From Moniliella sp. 'wahieum' (taxonomy: Eukaryota), in assembly GCA_003971905.1 (NCBI GenBank), contig RSEE01000051.1, positions 62,001 to 126,000 of the forward strand: a stretch of DNA of 64,000 bases, given 5' to 3'. A model generated the notes under the pieces. That model saw nothing but the letters and a program-made list of their open reading frames with translations. It did no database searches and was not told the origin of the DNA. Shown here piece by piece: positions 48,055 through 59,953 of the stretch. The stretch's first letter is position 1. The number at the start of each line of letters is the position of its first letter. A program made the translations under genes and the position numbers.

Positions 48055-49390
48055 ATGCTCCCCTCCCCCCGCTCGATCCGCGCCGCAGGCTGCCTCGCCC
48101 GTGGCGCGGCGCAAGTCCGGCGCTGGGGTGTTACGCCGTATGATGGGCAAAGCCACAGCAGGTGAAACAACTGGGCCGGTGGATCCCCCGGCGCAACCGC
48201 ACAGTGCAGGTTCCACCGGCCGTCGAGCCTCGTCGCCTGCGGCGGTGCAACGCGGGGCCCAGTTGACGGCCGCGGCGCTTGCACGGCTCGATCCGGCTCC
48301 CAGTGGCGCGAGCGGCGGGGGCGTCCCTCCCCCCACCAAGGCGAAGGGGGAAGCGCGTTCGGTCGTGTCGTCGGGCTCGGCTTCGTCCACGCTAAAAGAG
48401 ATCATGTTGGGTGGGGGTCGACGACGGAGTTCCGTGGCGTCCTCGGGCGGCGCGGGCGGCGTGGCACCGTCGTCGACCGGCTCGTTGCGGAGCAAGTACG
48501 GCGTGTGTGGGAGTGGGACAATTGGCAAGGGCGCGACAGCGGTGGTGCGCTTGGCGCAAAAGTGGGATGGTGCGACGGCCGAGGACAAGTTGTATGCCGT
48601 CAAACAGTTTCGGTCCCGACGCAAGCACGAGACGGAAAAGATGTACGTCAAGAAACTCACGTCGGAATTTTGCATCTCGTCGACGCTGCACCATGTCAAT
48701 GTGGTAGAGACGGTGGACTTGGTGCAGGACGAAGAGCAGCGGTGGTGCGAAGTGATGGAGTTTTGTCCTGGTGGCGATTTGTATGCGGCGATCAAGCGGG
48801 GCACGATGGCAGTGGACGAAGTGGCTTGTTACTTTAAGCAAGTGGTGCATGGGATTGGCTACCTACACAGTATGGGCGTCGCGCACCGGGACATCAAGCC
48901 TGAAAATTTACTCTTGGACGCCCAGGGCCGCATCAAGATCACCGACTTTGGCGTGTCGGACGTGTTTCGCATGTGCTGGGAAACAGCAACGCACTATTCG
49001 CGCGGCTTGTGCGGCTCCGAACCGTACATTGCACCGGAACAGTTTGAGAACAAAGAGTACGATGCTCGCTTGGTCGATGTTTGGGCAGCTGGGGTGGTGT
49101 TGTATTGCCTCCTGATGCACCAGCTGCCCTGGCGACGGGCCACCATGTCCGATCCTACCTTTGCCACTTTTGTTCGCACGTACCATGCTTCAGCTGCGCC
49201 GGCCCCGCTGGGCCACCTTGCCTCACACGGCGCACGCACCCTGTTGAAGCACATGCTCTGTCCGGACCCGCGCCAGCGCTGGTCCGTTCGCCACGTCTTG
49301 CACGATCCCTGGGTTGCGGCGATTGATGCGTGTGGCGAAACCGTCAGTAGCTCCCATACCCATTCCGTCGTATTGACCGCGCTGGCATGA
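48055..49390 (+). CDS. Ser/Thr protein kinase of the fungal HAL/NPR (Hrk1/Sat4-like) family
   Basis: Intact kinase domain: [87 protein letters not shown] 48055 needs a 1-nt homopolymer correction; otherwise the next in-frame ATG is 48140. Confidence 0.93.
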
Positions 49391-50111
49391 TGTTTGCCTC
49401 CCCCCCCCCCGCCCCCTTTTCCCACAATGCCTTTCTCGCGTTTGCAATCTGTTTGACGTTCATGTCCATCACGTATTTGGGTTTGCTGTTGTGTCCTCTG
49501 CCCTGTTTGGTGCCATCAGCTGCATATTCACAATGAATCGAGAGTAGAGTGAAGAAAGACGCGCACCATTCACGGGGTTGGCAGGCGAACAGTAATTTGA
49601 AAACACATATACGGTCGGTACACTTTCTCTAGAGAAACGACCAAAACGGACCCATGTTGGGGGCTGTGATACACAACAGAGAGAGTGTATAGATACCACG
49701 GATGCACCGTGTGCCAGATCTTCTTTTGACCCGTCGATACCATGGGTAGGCACGAACTGTCTGCCAGCCAAAAGCCGAACAAGGGATGGGATGCTGGCCA
49801 TGGGGAAAGCTCTTCTGATATGCTCCTGCGTGAAGCGGTGGCCAAGGCTATGGATTGGCACACGTCGTGGGTAGATTCGCCTCCGAATTGAGGTGGTGGT
49901 GGAGACCTGATAGAACCCAAGCGCCCCAACCCTAACGGGGCCGGGCGCGCACGTGACACGTGACTAACCCTTCCGCGTCCGCTGAGCGGAATGGTTGATG
50001 GGGCAGGGCGGAAACGGCGGTGCTTTATTAATCAAGGGTGTTGGCTGCCTGCTCTGCTTTGCTGCCCAGCAAGCAGGTTGGCGATCGACCCCACCGTCGT
50101 ACTTGCTGCCC

Positions 50112-50978
50112 ATGTCGCTGCTGCCGCGTGCTGGGTCGCTGGCACGGCCGCTGCTCGCCTCCTCGCGCGCACCGCCACGTCCCTTGGCGCCCCACCACAT
50201 CAGCATTCGCATGCGCCAGACCTGGGTCCACGAGCGCCAGCCGCCGCCCAAGGTCTACCCGTTGGACTACCCCGGCAACCTCACCGACATCCGGGACGAC
50301 CGCGAGCCCGATTTCGACCCGATCGAAGTCCCCCTCCTCCACCCGGGCGAGACCCCGAGCAAGGACGTGCAGTACAACGGCTACCCCGAGGTGCCTCGCA
50401 TCCATGCGCGCGACAAGCCCGAGTCTACTACGCGCTACTGGAACAGCCAGTTCCACCTCCAGTTTGACCAAGTGGTACGTTCCTCCCCCGTGTGCTGCTG
50501 GACCGCCAGGGCGCGCACAGATACACACGCTGACTGTGACTGATGGATGGATTGATGGATGGATGAATGGATGCATGCGATGATTAATGATGCATGGACG
50601 TACAGATGCACCCAGAAGAAGAGGTTCTCACCATGTGGGCGCCCGATCCAGTGTCGCACAAGACGGCGTGGGACTTGTTCAAGCCGTGGGTGTACACGTT
50701 GGGTGTGGGGGCTGTGTTCTGCGGCTTGGTTTGGGTTGTGACGCCCGAGAAGCAAGCGTTGGATCGTGTATGTGTGCCCTCTCCCGCTCCACCCCCTGTG
50801 CTCCTTTCTCTTGCCATGTGTTGTGGGGCAGGTGATACTGACTGACGGACCTACCCGCCCTACCCCTTGCTCTCCCCAGGCGTTTGTGCGCAACGGCCTT
50901 GCAAACGAGGTGATGAAGATCCAGCTGCACTCGTACGACGAGCCAGAGTACAAGCTTGCGGAGGAGATGGAGTACTAG
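50112..50978 (+). CDS. NDUFB8: NADH:ubiquinone oxidoreductase subunit NDUFB8 (ASHI)-like; introns 50475-50605 and 50768-50879
   Basis: Arg/Ser/Leu-rich mitochondrial presequence, DVQYNGYPEVP..YW..Q....F..V|MHPEEEVLTMWAPD, one TM helix, TPEK.A..R|AF..NGLANE pattern that I recognise from fungal NDUFB8. Both introns restore frame. Confidence 0.75.
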
Positions 50979-51213
50979 CTTTGATTCGCATGCTCGATCC
51001 GATGGATTGGTTGGGCGGTGGGGACGCAGCGGAAGAGGGCTGGCAGGACGTAGTGGCAGGGTGAGGGTGAGGGAGAGGCGAGTACTGAGTTGCTGTGCGG
51101 GTGCGGGGTAAACAGACGGGCGGGTGCTGACTAAGCAGGGGGGCGGGGCGCTGAGCGGGGCGCAGGGTGTGGATGGATGCTCCACCAGCCGCCAGTGTGC
51201 CGACAGCAACCCC

Positions 51214-54168
51214 ATGGCGTCCGCCAGCGTGTCCAGCAGCGAGCACGCCGTCTCGGCTGCTGCGCCTCGTCCGTCGCATCCGTCGCATCCGTCCCACTCG
51301 TCGCATCCATCCCACACGTCCCAGCCGCCCCCCCCCGCCCCCCACCCCCACGACCTCTTTGCCCCGCCCTCGATCGGCTCGGCGCCCAACCCGCTCCACA
51401 CCTGGATCGCCCAGGCCTCCGACGCCCCGCCGCCGCCGCCGCCCCACCTGCCCGACCTGCCCGCCGCCATCTCCGAGCAGACCCTCCGCCGCCTCTCCCG
51501 CCACACCCCCACACCTTCTCCCAGCCCGACCCCGCCGCTGCCGCCGAGGCCATCGCCCACCCCTTTCCTGCCCCCGACGACCCCGCCGCCGCCGAGCCCG
51601 AGGTGGAGAGCCTCGCCTCCGCCTCTGTCGCCGGCTCCCACCGCTCCCGCCGCCGCCGCCGCAAGCTGTCCAAATACGACCACACTCCTCGCTCGCGCCA
51701 GAGCAGCCGCGCGCCCCTGTCCCGCGCAGCCGCTGCTCCCGACGCGATGGACGTCCTGCTGGGTCGCACCGTCAGCGCCGCCGACCGCCCTTCCTCGCCC
51801 TTGCTGGGCGCCGCCACGGGCACCAGCACGGGTACGCTCAGGCTGCCGTCTCTGGCCGGCACCAGTGCCGACGGCAAGGAGGAGCGTGCGTGGCTGGCTC
51901 ATTGGCACGCAAAAAGGGCACCAGCTTCTCCTTGGCCCCGCCGACGCAGCGCTGGGTGGTCCCGATCAAGAACTGGGCGCGCTGGATGAACCGGATGGAC
52001 CTGGGGCTGTACATTCTGCCCTGCATCCTGCTTGGCTCGCTGGTGCTCAAGTTCTCCATAGGCCGTGGGGGGGAGCGGCAAGGGCGTGCCGCCCAAGTAC
52101 GGCGACTTTGAAGCTCAGCGCCACTGGATCGAACTGACGCTGCACAAGCCCTATTCCCAGTGGTACACCTACGACCTCGAGTGGTGGGGGCTGGACTACC
52201 GCCACTGACGGCGTGGGTCAGTCTCTGGCTGGGCAAACTGGCGTCCCATGCGCCCTCGGTTGCGCCCCACTTTGCCTTGGACACCAGCCGGGGCGACGAG
52301 TCGGATCCGCTGGTGGCCTTTATGCGCTTCAGCGTGGTACTGTGCGACTTGCTTGTCTATGTGCCTGCAGTGATCTTCTTTGTGTATGCGCGTCGCCTGC
52401 GCGACCGTCCGTTCCCCCTCGCGCCCGTCCACTCGGCCTTGGCCAGCCCACCTCGTCTCGGCCCGCTGGAGAGCAACGTGGTGATCAAGGGCATCTCTGC
52501 CGCCGCCATCCTCACCCAGCCGGCACTGCTCTTGATTGACCATGGCCACTTTCAGTACAACTGTGTCATGCTCGGTCTGTCGACGTGGACGTTTGGGCTG
52601 TTGTACAGTTTCCTTCCCAATCATGGGGCCGGCACCACATTCTTTGACTCGTCTGGCACCGCGGTGGATGTGACCAACACGGGGGCCAACACCACCTTCC
52701 GTTCGCTCTACACGCGCAAGATTTCCTACCAATACTTGGTGGCCGCAGTGGCGTTTACCCTTGCGCTGCTCTTTAAACAGATGGCACTCTTCTTTGCTCC
52801 GGCAGTGTTTGCCATCATGTTTGGGCGATGTGTGGGGCTGTACCGGACCGTTGGGTTTGACCCGGCCTTTGCCCTGTTCTGCGGCCTGGGACTGGCGGTG
52901 GTGCTACCGACCTGTCTTTGCTTGGGACCTTGGATCGCCGCGGGAGACCTAGCTGGCCTGCAACAGATTGTCCATCGCGTCTTCCCCATTGCGCGCGGTA
53001 TCTTTGAAGACAAGGTGGCCAACGTATGGTGCTTCTTCTCTGTCCTGCCCATCCTGCCCCATTCGCTCCGGATCAAGAACCTGTTCCCGCCCGCCGTCCT
53101 GCCCGCCTAGCCGCCGGCACCACCCTCGCTCTCATCCTGCCTTCCTGCATCCTCCTCTTTCTCGCCAGCCAGCTGACTGTCAAAATTGAGACCGAGATCG
53201 ATACGCAGGCAGTCGAGGCAGCCCACAACCCTCCCCCCCCCGCGCTGCACACTCGCTACGCTGCCTCCCTAGGCCAACGCTCCGTGCGCAGTCGCGCCTC
53301 TCGTCGCGCAGGGATTCCCACCCCCCTCAGGCAACCGAGCGGACCCCTCTTTTTCCTTGGCCGACACTTCCCCCCTGCCCCCGTCTGACCTGGGCGGCGA
53401 CACGTCGCGTCGCGGATCGGCCCTGCCTCAGCCCCCAACTTACCTTTCATCCCTTCGCTCCGGCTCGACGAGAAGGCCGAGGGGGAAGCTGGGCGCAGCC
53501 TGCGGTGGAGCGAGTGAGCAACTCGCCTTCGCCCGTGGCGGCCGTGTTGCCCTGGGCCATGGCGCATGTCGCGCTCACGTGTTTCTTATTTGGGTTTCAA
53601 GTGCACGAAAAGACCATCCTGTTGCCGCTGTTGCCAATGATGCTCTGTCTCACCTCGCCGGACGATGTGTGGGCCGCCGGCGGGGCAGGAACCGAAGCCG
53701 AGTGGGTATTGCTCGCCAACAATGTGGGCGTGTTTAGTATGCTGCCGCTACTGGAGCGGGACGGGCTCGGGTTCCCAACAGGCTTGTTGGTCCTGGGGTG
53801 GAACTGGATGGTAGGACTGAGCCCACGCACTTTCCTTCGTCGGTGCCTAGCGCTGGTGCAGGACGTAACCGGTCTCACGCTCCGCCCGCGGTCCGGACGG
53901 AAATCACCTTGTCCTGGGCCCAACGGTGTTCCACCCTAGTGCATGCCGGCATGCTCGGCATCCGCTTCGCCTCGTGGCTCCTCCCCTGGTCGGCCACGCC
54001 TTTCTGCCATCGGTGACCGACCAACTGGGCACACGCTACCCGGACCTCGCTGCCGTTGCGACCGTCGTACTTGCCACGCCGGCCTTGGTTGTGATCTGGC
54101 TCGTGTTACTGTGGAAAACAGTGACAGTCGCAGCCGCATGTGGCGTGCTGCGCCTAGGCAAGCCATAG
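51214..54168 (+). CDS. ALG6: Dol-P-Glc:Man9GlcNAc2-PP-Dol alpha-1,3-glucosyltransferase Alg6 (frameshifted)
   Basis: PPKYGDFEAQRHWIELT, WGLDY(P)PLTAWVS, LLLIDHGHFQYNCVMLG, FKQMALFFAP, IVHRVFPIARGIFEDKVANVWC, FLFGFQVHEKTILLPLLP, FSMLPLLERDGL. Confidence 0.93.
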
Positions 54169-54493
54169 TCACCTTTTGTTTTGTCCCCCCCCCTCCCCTC
54201 CCTTCCTTGGCGCGCGTCATTTGAGAGTAACCTCCCACGCGCGGAAAAAAAGCCGTGGTACGCAGGAATGGGATTGCGCAACCGTTGGATGCACACCAGA
54301 GGAAGGAGGATGCGGTGGTGATGTAGATGCCATGGACCACACCACGGCGCGAATGCCTGGGAACCAACAGGCAGGCTAACCCCTAACCCATCAGTCGGTC
54401 GATTCTGCTCGGGCGGCAGCCGAGCCAAGGAGGGAAGTTGCTAGTACCGGTCCATCTTCATCTTCCCATTCATTTAATCATCTCAGGGGACCG

Positions 54494-54514
54494 AAAAAAA
54501 TTATGCGAAAAAAA
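54494..54514 (-). terminator. RNA polymerase III oligo-T terminator of tRNA-Ser
   Basis: Two T7 runs on the minus strand immediately 3' of the tRNA. Confidence 0.8.
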
Positions 54515-54516
54515 TA

Positions 54517-54631
54517 CGACGGCTACAGGATTTGAACCTATGCGGGCAGAGCCCAACTGATCGCTCGCCTTTGGAAGGCGTTGAACTGAAGAAGTTCAAG
54601 TCAGTCTCCTTAACCACTCGGACAAACCGTC
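54517..54631 (-). tRNA. tRNA-Ser (anticodon UGA) with a 33-nt intron (54562-54594)
   Basis: Reverse complement GACGGTT TG TCCGAGTGGTTAAGGA G ACTGA CT TGA A [intron] A TCAGT TGGGCTCTGCCCGC ATAGG TTCAAAT CCTGT AGCCGTC G: acceptor, D, anticodon and T stems pair, long variable arm, G discriminator, A and B boxes present. Confidence 0.95.
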
Positions 54632-55027
54632 TTGTTGCATCCCGCGATCAGCACCCTTATTAGCGTGAAGTTACTCAGCCACGCGCTGAACCGAGCAAGT
54701 AAGGCACCGTGGAGGATGTGGCATCATGCACACAATACTCACTTCTTTGGCGGCCGGAGAGCTGCGCTCAACGATGCTAAAAGGCCGGGCATCCTATCTT
54801 TTGTACTCCTCTCGCCGGGAGTGTTTGCCCCCCAATCGATTTTGCTAGGACATACTATTCGATGCGAGCTATATGGTTTGCCTTGATATCCACCCGGTAT
54901 TCTTCAGTCGTACCGGTATGATGATGTGTGACACACGAAACGGACGGAATGCGTAGGGGAAGGAAACAGGCATATGCAACTGTACAGAGAAACGGTAACC
55001 GCGAGGGCAGGATAGGAAAAAAGCAAG

Positions 55028-58000
55028 TTACGCCGGTGGCGCATCCTGGCGGAGCTTGTTGATGTGCTGGTAGAACTGAACGTGGGAGGCCGCCGAGCCA
55101 TGGGGTAGATAAAGGAGGCAGCAACAAACGCGGCAAACGCCGACCGGGCATATGCGACCGGAATCCGTTCCACCAGCGTGTCCAGTCCCACCTTTTTCCG
55201 GAGTGTGGTAGCAAAGACGTGCGCCATCACGCTCCGTCGCACCACCTCGTCCTCGTACAAGTTGGTTGCGGCAATTTCGTCCGACAAGACATTGAGCGCT
55301 GTGGAAAGCTCAGTGGAAAGCACAGAGCGAGGCCAGGCTGTAGCTTGGTGTTCGCGCCAAATCGCCTCAAACTCCATGGCCGCATTGCGCGCAATGATCG
55401 ACTGAATGTCGCGCACGTAGCCGAGGTAAAACGGCGCAGGCTTGCCCCCCTGGAACGTCATGTTCTGGAGGAACTCGTCAGCGAGCGGCAAGCCGCACAG
55501 GACCTCTAACGACGACGAGGTGACGCCGCCCTTGTTGGCACTGGCGTCCGGGTAAAGAATCACACCGTGCTTCTCCAGTTCGATCCAAGCTTGGCGAGTG
55601 ATAAACAAGTTGGCGCCCTCGACAATGTACTTGAAATGGGGTTTGCCATCCGTATCAAACAGTTTGTTCACATTGGAGATACTGATCGCCTCGGGCCGCC
55701 CGCCACAGGGCACAAACAGATCCGCCTCGAAGTTGAGGTGAGCCGTGTTGCGGTACGACAAGCCATCCGGTACCACCTCCCCCGAGGGGAGCGTGACGTC
55801 CTTGTCGTCCACCAAGACACGGCAGCTGCCCTTGCCCAACTTGGCTACATCAAAACAGCTGATCATCTTGCGTGTCTTGGCGAGACGGACGAGCTCAGGA
55901 CGGTCCAAGCCCGCCGGGTCGTGAATCACACCCGACCCATCAATAATCGTTGTAGTCCGGTCGGACGAGAGCAAAATCTCGTTGGAACCCAAGTCGCCGT
56001 CGGGCCCGCCCGTCTGCGCGTTGGTCACCTCTTTCTCCTCCAGACCTAGACGACGGTACAGCCCCAAAACGTACTGCCGCACCGACAAGGACGTCATGCC
56101 CATACATCGTGCGGAACGCCGCCCAGCGTCGCCGCCGTCTTGCCCGTAGTATAACGACTTCCACCACGGTGCCCTGCGAGCGCGAGCATGCTCGGCACCC
56201 CAATCCATAAAGTCGGCAGTACCTTCGTCCGGACCAAAAAGAGAATTCCCTCCTTGCCATACAGATCGACAATCTCCTCCTTTCCCCTGGGCGTCTCGTC
56301 CTTGATGAGCAAATCGATCTCCGCATCAACCTACTTTTCAAAGCACAGCTTGGGATTGGCATCAAGGATGGGCAGGATGGTCCCATTAGATCCGCCTTCG
56401 GGAATGTCCTTGTTTTTCAGGTGCTGAGTCGAGGCCAGGCCGTAGTTCTCGTCAAACAGCGTACGCTGGTTGATCGAGTAGTTCTCCTTGTTGCGCGAGC
56501 GGACGATGCGGATGCCGCCACGAGCAATGTCCGAGAACCGAACGTAAAATCCACGGAAGTCCGATCCAACGACAAAGAATACGCCGTATGGCTTCACGGG
56601 TACTCTACTTCAGGGAGGAAGCCCGGATCCAGCCGGAAGGAGAGCGAGCCTTTGGTAGGGGTGTAAAAAATTGGTCTTGAGCACGCTCTTGTTGAACGCC
56701 AACAGTGCTTCGAGCACCTGGAGCTCATGGGTGCTGCTGGTCATCTTGCGGATACGATCGCGGGGATCTGAGCATCTGTGAGAACCTCTTCTTTGACGAG
56801 GCGTTGGTAAGACAGTGTCGGAACCAGTTCATCGTCCCCAGCCCCACCAGGGTAATGGATGTTGGCAAAGTGAACGTAGAGCAGCCGAATCAGATCCGGG
56901 TAGCGCTCCAGCACGTCTTGGATGCCCTCCCGTGTAAATGTTTCCTCACGGAAGCGCGTCTTGATCTCATTGAGAATCGAGGCTTGGGCCGGGTTGGCAT
57001 CGTCAAGAACGTTGCGCAATGCTTGGTACGACTGGCCCAATCGGTTGCAAAAGTGCTGCGCAAAGAGCCAACCAACGTAAGCGTAGGTGGCCTCCTGGGC
57101 CGCATGGCCTTCTTGCGGGTTGGCCGGGTCACCAACCTTGAAGAAGGGGTTGTCGGGCAAGGCGTAGAGAAGGGGGACGCTTCACGCATGATCTGATGGA
57201 TCGAGTTATCAATGGGTGGGTAGCCCGCAATGGGAAGAGGGTTGAGGAAGGCGCACAAAATGGTAACCCCATTACTAAACTGCTCCACATACTTGCGCGA
57301 GGAAAGAGCCCGTAAAGTGATAAAGATCGCTAAAACTGGAAAAATAGTTGCTGGTAGAACCTTGGCGGTAACCGATGGCCACGCGGTGCTCGGTGCTGGC
57401 CTCAACTTGGTACACCTCTGTGAGAGAACATGAAAACAAAGAAGGGTTGTTAGTGGGCAACGCAGATGAGATCAAAAGAGCCGACACGCACCAATGACGG
57501 GACCCGAACGGCGAAGGACCTCAGTCATGACCTCCTCGTACATGGCGAGAGCGTGTTCTCCGAGGCACGAGCGAGGAAATTTTTGTCAGACACCTTGCGG
57601 ATGTCAGTAAAGTCGGGGCTGTTTGGTTTTGGCACAGGTTGGACAAAGTCCGACTTGGTAAGGAAGTAGCAGTGCAGCTGTTGCTTGGACTGTGCCGACA
57701 CAGACCCGGCCGATCGGTACGACTCGAGGCGGTAGGAACGGTCAAGGGTGGTGTGTTGAGGTAGCGCTCGTCCATGCGACGCTCCCATTGGGGCTTTCCC
57801 TTGGACAGACGCGCGAGGTGGGAGGAATGAATGTAGAGCGCCCGATCCATCGTCGGCTTCCTTCTCTGGATCCACATCGAGGCTGGAGGTGTGGTTGGTG
57901 TAGGCTAGGATCTTGCGCCATAGAGGGCCATGATAGTGTGGTCGCCAATCGTGGCGGCGACTCGAGGGCAAAGTAGTTGTCGTCAATGCCGAGGCTGTGT

Positions 58001-58179
58001 GTAGAACCACTCCACCTCGGTGTGGACGAGGCCGGCTGGGATGAAGGCTTTGGCGTGCAGCAGGTCGGCTACCTGGCGGCTTGGGCGTCCTTGCCGGTAA
58101 AGACGGGTGTAGCGTACCCGGCCTGGTTGGGCACCACATGGTCCGCGGGGGTCCCGGGGCGGCTGGGAACGGACGCCAT
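55028..58179 (-). CDS. GDH2: NAD-specific glutamate dehydrogenase, large fungal type (intron 57418-57491; many frameshifts)
   Basis: FIPAGLVHTEVEWFY..LGIDD.YF, YRLESYRS, KYVEQFSNGVTI, FFVVGSDFRGFYVRFSDIARGGIRIVRS, LFDENYGLASTQHLKNKDIPEGGS, QTGGPDGDLGSNEILLS, DLFVPCGGRPE, IVEGANLF, DASANKGGVTSSSLEVL. Confidence 0.95.
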
Positions 58180-59750
58180 GGGGTGGGGGGGGGGGGCGAG
58201 GGGGACGAGGAAGGGGGGGAGATATATAGGCTAATAGGCAGCGGCGTTGGGGGCTGTGCAGGCTGCTGTGGTGGGGGCACAGGGCTACTCGGACGTGGGC
58301 GCCCGTGAGGCGCATTTTGGCACGTGTCTGCTATCAGTACCCAGTGAGTCCTAAGGCGTTCAGGCCATGATGTGTGCCCTTATCCCATCCACACGTTCAG
58401 TCTGACCGTCTGAACGTCCATCGCGTTGATGAACTTTTCATCGTTTCGTCTCGTCGTGGTCGGTGGCCCTTGCGTCCAATTGGGCGCCCCGCACGGGGGC
58501 TGTGCGCGGTCGCCCACAGCTAGTAATACACCTGCTATTTGCCGCCTCCTTAAGCCGCCACGCGTCACGGTGTCCCCGGCGGACTGGGTGGTCTGTCATT
58601 CGATTCGTTCCGCGCCTCATCGTCCGCCCGTCGAATTGCAACCCGCTCTCGGACTGGACACTCCAAAAAGATATATCCCAACGAACAAGATGGGCGGGCA
58701 AGTATAACTAGTAGGGATGCATGGCCGTAGCCTACCCCAGCCGTCCGCCTCAAAAAGGCTGGCGTAGTGTGACGCGTGACACGTGGGCCACATAGGGGCG
58801 CCAGCTCTAGCCATCGACCCTTCTATTATATATTTGGCGCTTTCGGAACATAGCAATTGTCCGCAAAGCCCTATCTACACTACTCACCCCGAAGCAAGCG
58901 CTCAAGCTAACCCTGCCCTGTCTTACCCCTTGTGTGACATGTGACATGTGACAGATCATGTGTTCTAAGCTAGAGATAGGCCTAAAGCTTGTAGCAGAGG
59001 ACGCTTGGCTTGCTGCGTATATAAAGCTGACGTTCACCGGCTTTTACTCTGATAGAACGGCGATTGCCGTGTTCCCGCAGGTGGAGACTTATTCGCGGAG
59101 ACCTAATATACACAACCCCGCCCATCTTCGGGGTCCTTCATAGCATAAACTGAAGGCACAGTCCGGATCCAAAGACTTGTGCACTCTCGTGAGCACAGGA
59201 AGGTCGCAAAAGGGGACCTTGGGTATGTATGTTCAGCTATGTCGGGTTCGGTCCAACTAAATATAACTAAGTCCCAAGGACAACAACGGCTTGTGGTCGG
59301 GAGGGTCGACTGCAGCGGCTCCATCAGCTGGTTATGATGCTATTGTCCCTGCCACACGATCGATGAAAACCTATCAGCGTTTTCTCATGGCCTACCTACT
59401 TACCTCAACAAATTGGCTCATCAGCTCAGGCGCTCAGGTACGCAAGAGAGATTTTTGGCCCATCTAGGCCGGGAGGGTACCCTGATTTCATGTGGGGCAG
59501 TTGACCCAGGACGATGCCGTCCACCCCTCCCCCTGATGAAGTAGAGATGACGAAGCCCGTACTGACCAAGGTCAGAGAGGGCCAGACACCTCCCAGATCA
59601 CACTCAACTTCTTCCACAAGCAGACACCAGGCCAGTATCCCCACCCTCTGTGGCCCACTAGTGCCACACTCTACCCTGTGTAGCCACAATGATCGCCTGC
59701 AGCTCGATGCGACGACTACTGGGCCCTAGTTACCCTGCTAGTAAGGCAGA

Positions 59751-59953
59751 CTGTAGCCGAGCAAGCCTGCCGCCTGGGGCACTCGCCTAGTCACGCTGTA
59801 GCCGATCCGGCTTGCCCTCTGGTGCCTCCCTCAGAGAGAGCCCTGGGCCCTTGTGCTCATGCCTAGTTAGTGGTTGTATAGCCGAGCCGGCCTGCCCGCT
59901 GGGGCACTGGCCTAGTCACAGCCGAGCCGATCCGCACTGCCGCCTGGCGCGCT
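59751..59953. repeat. Four imperfect copies of a ~28-nt GC-rich motif arranged as a duplicated pair
   Basis: AGCCGAGCAAGCCTGCCGCCTGGGGC, AGCCGATCCGGCTTGCCCTCTGGTGC, AGCCGAGCCGGCCTGCCCGCTGGGGC, AGCCGATCCGCACTGCCGCCTGGCGC; copies 1 and 3 continue ACT(C/G)GCCTAGTCAC. Confidence 0.8.

Noticed and set aside
53101..53112. Apparent TAG stop inside ALG6, suggesting readthrough or editing
   Set aside because: A single missing base explains it; the coding frame continues as ARLAAGTTLALI in another frame.
59397..59406. TACTTACCT similar to the U1 snRNA 5' end
   Set aside because: No U1 stem-loops or Sm site follow; it is just the complement of a GTAAGT donor-like word.
59355..59430. Minus-strand CTGATGAG followed by a GAAAAC..GTTTTC hairpin (hammerhead-like)
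   Set aside because: GAAA does not directly follow stem II and stem I cannot form.
59525..59585. CTGATGA..GAAG..GTC resembling a hammerhead ribozyme core
   Set aside because: GAAG instead of GAAA, stem II only about 2 bp, and stems I and III do not pair properly.
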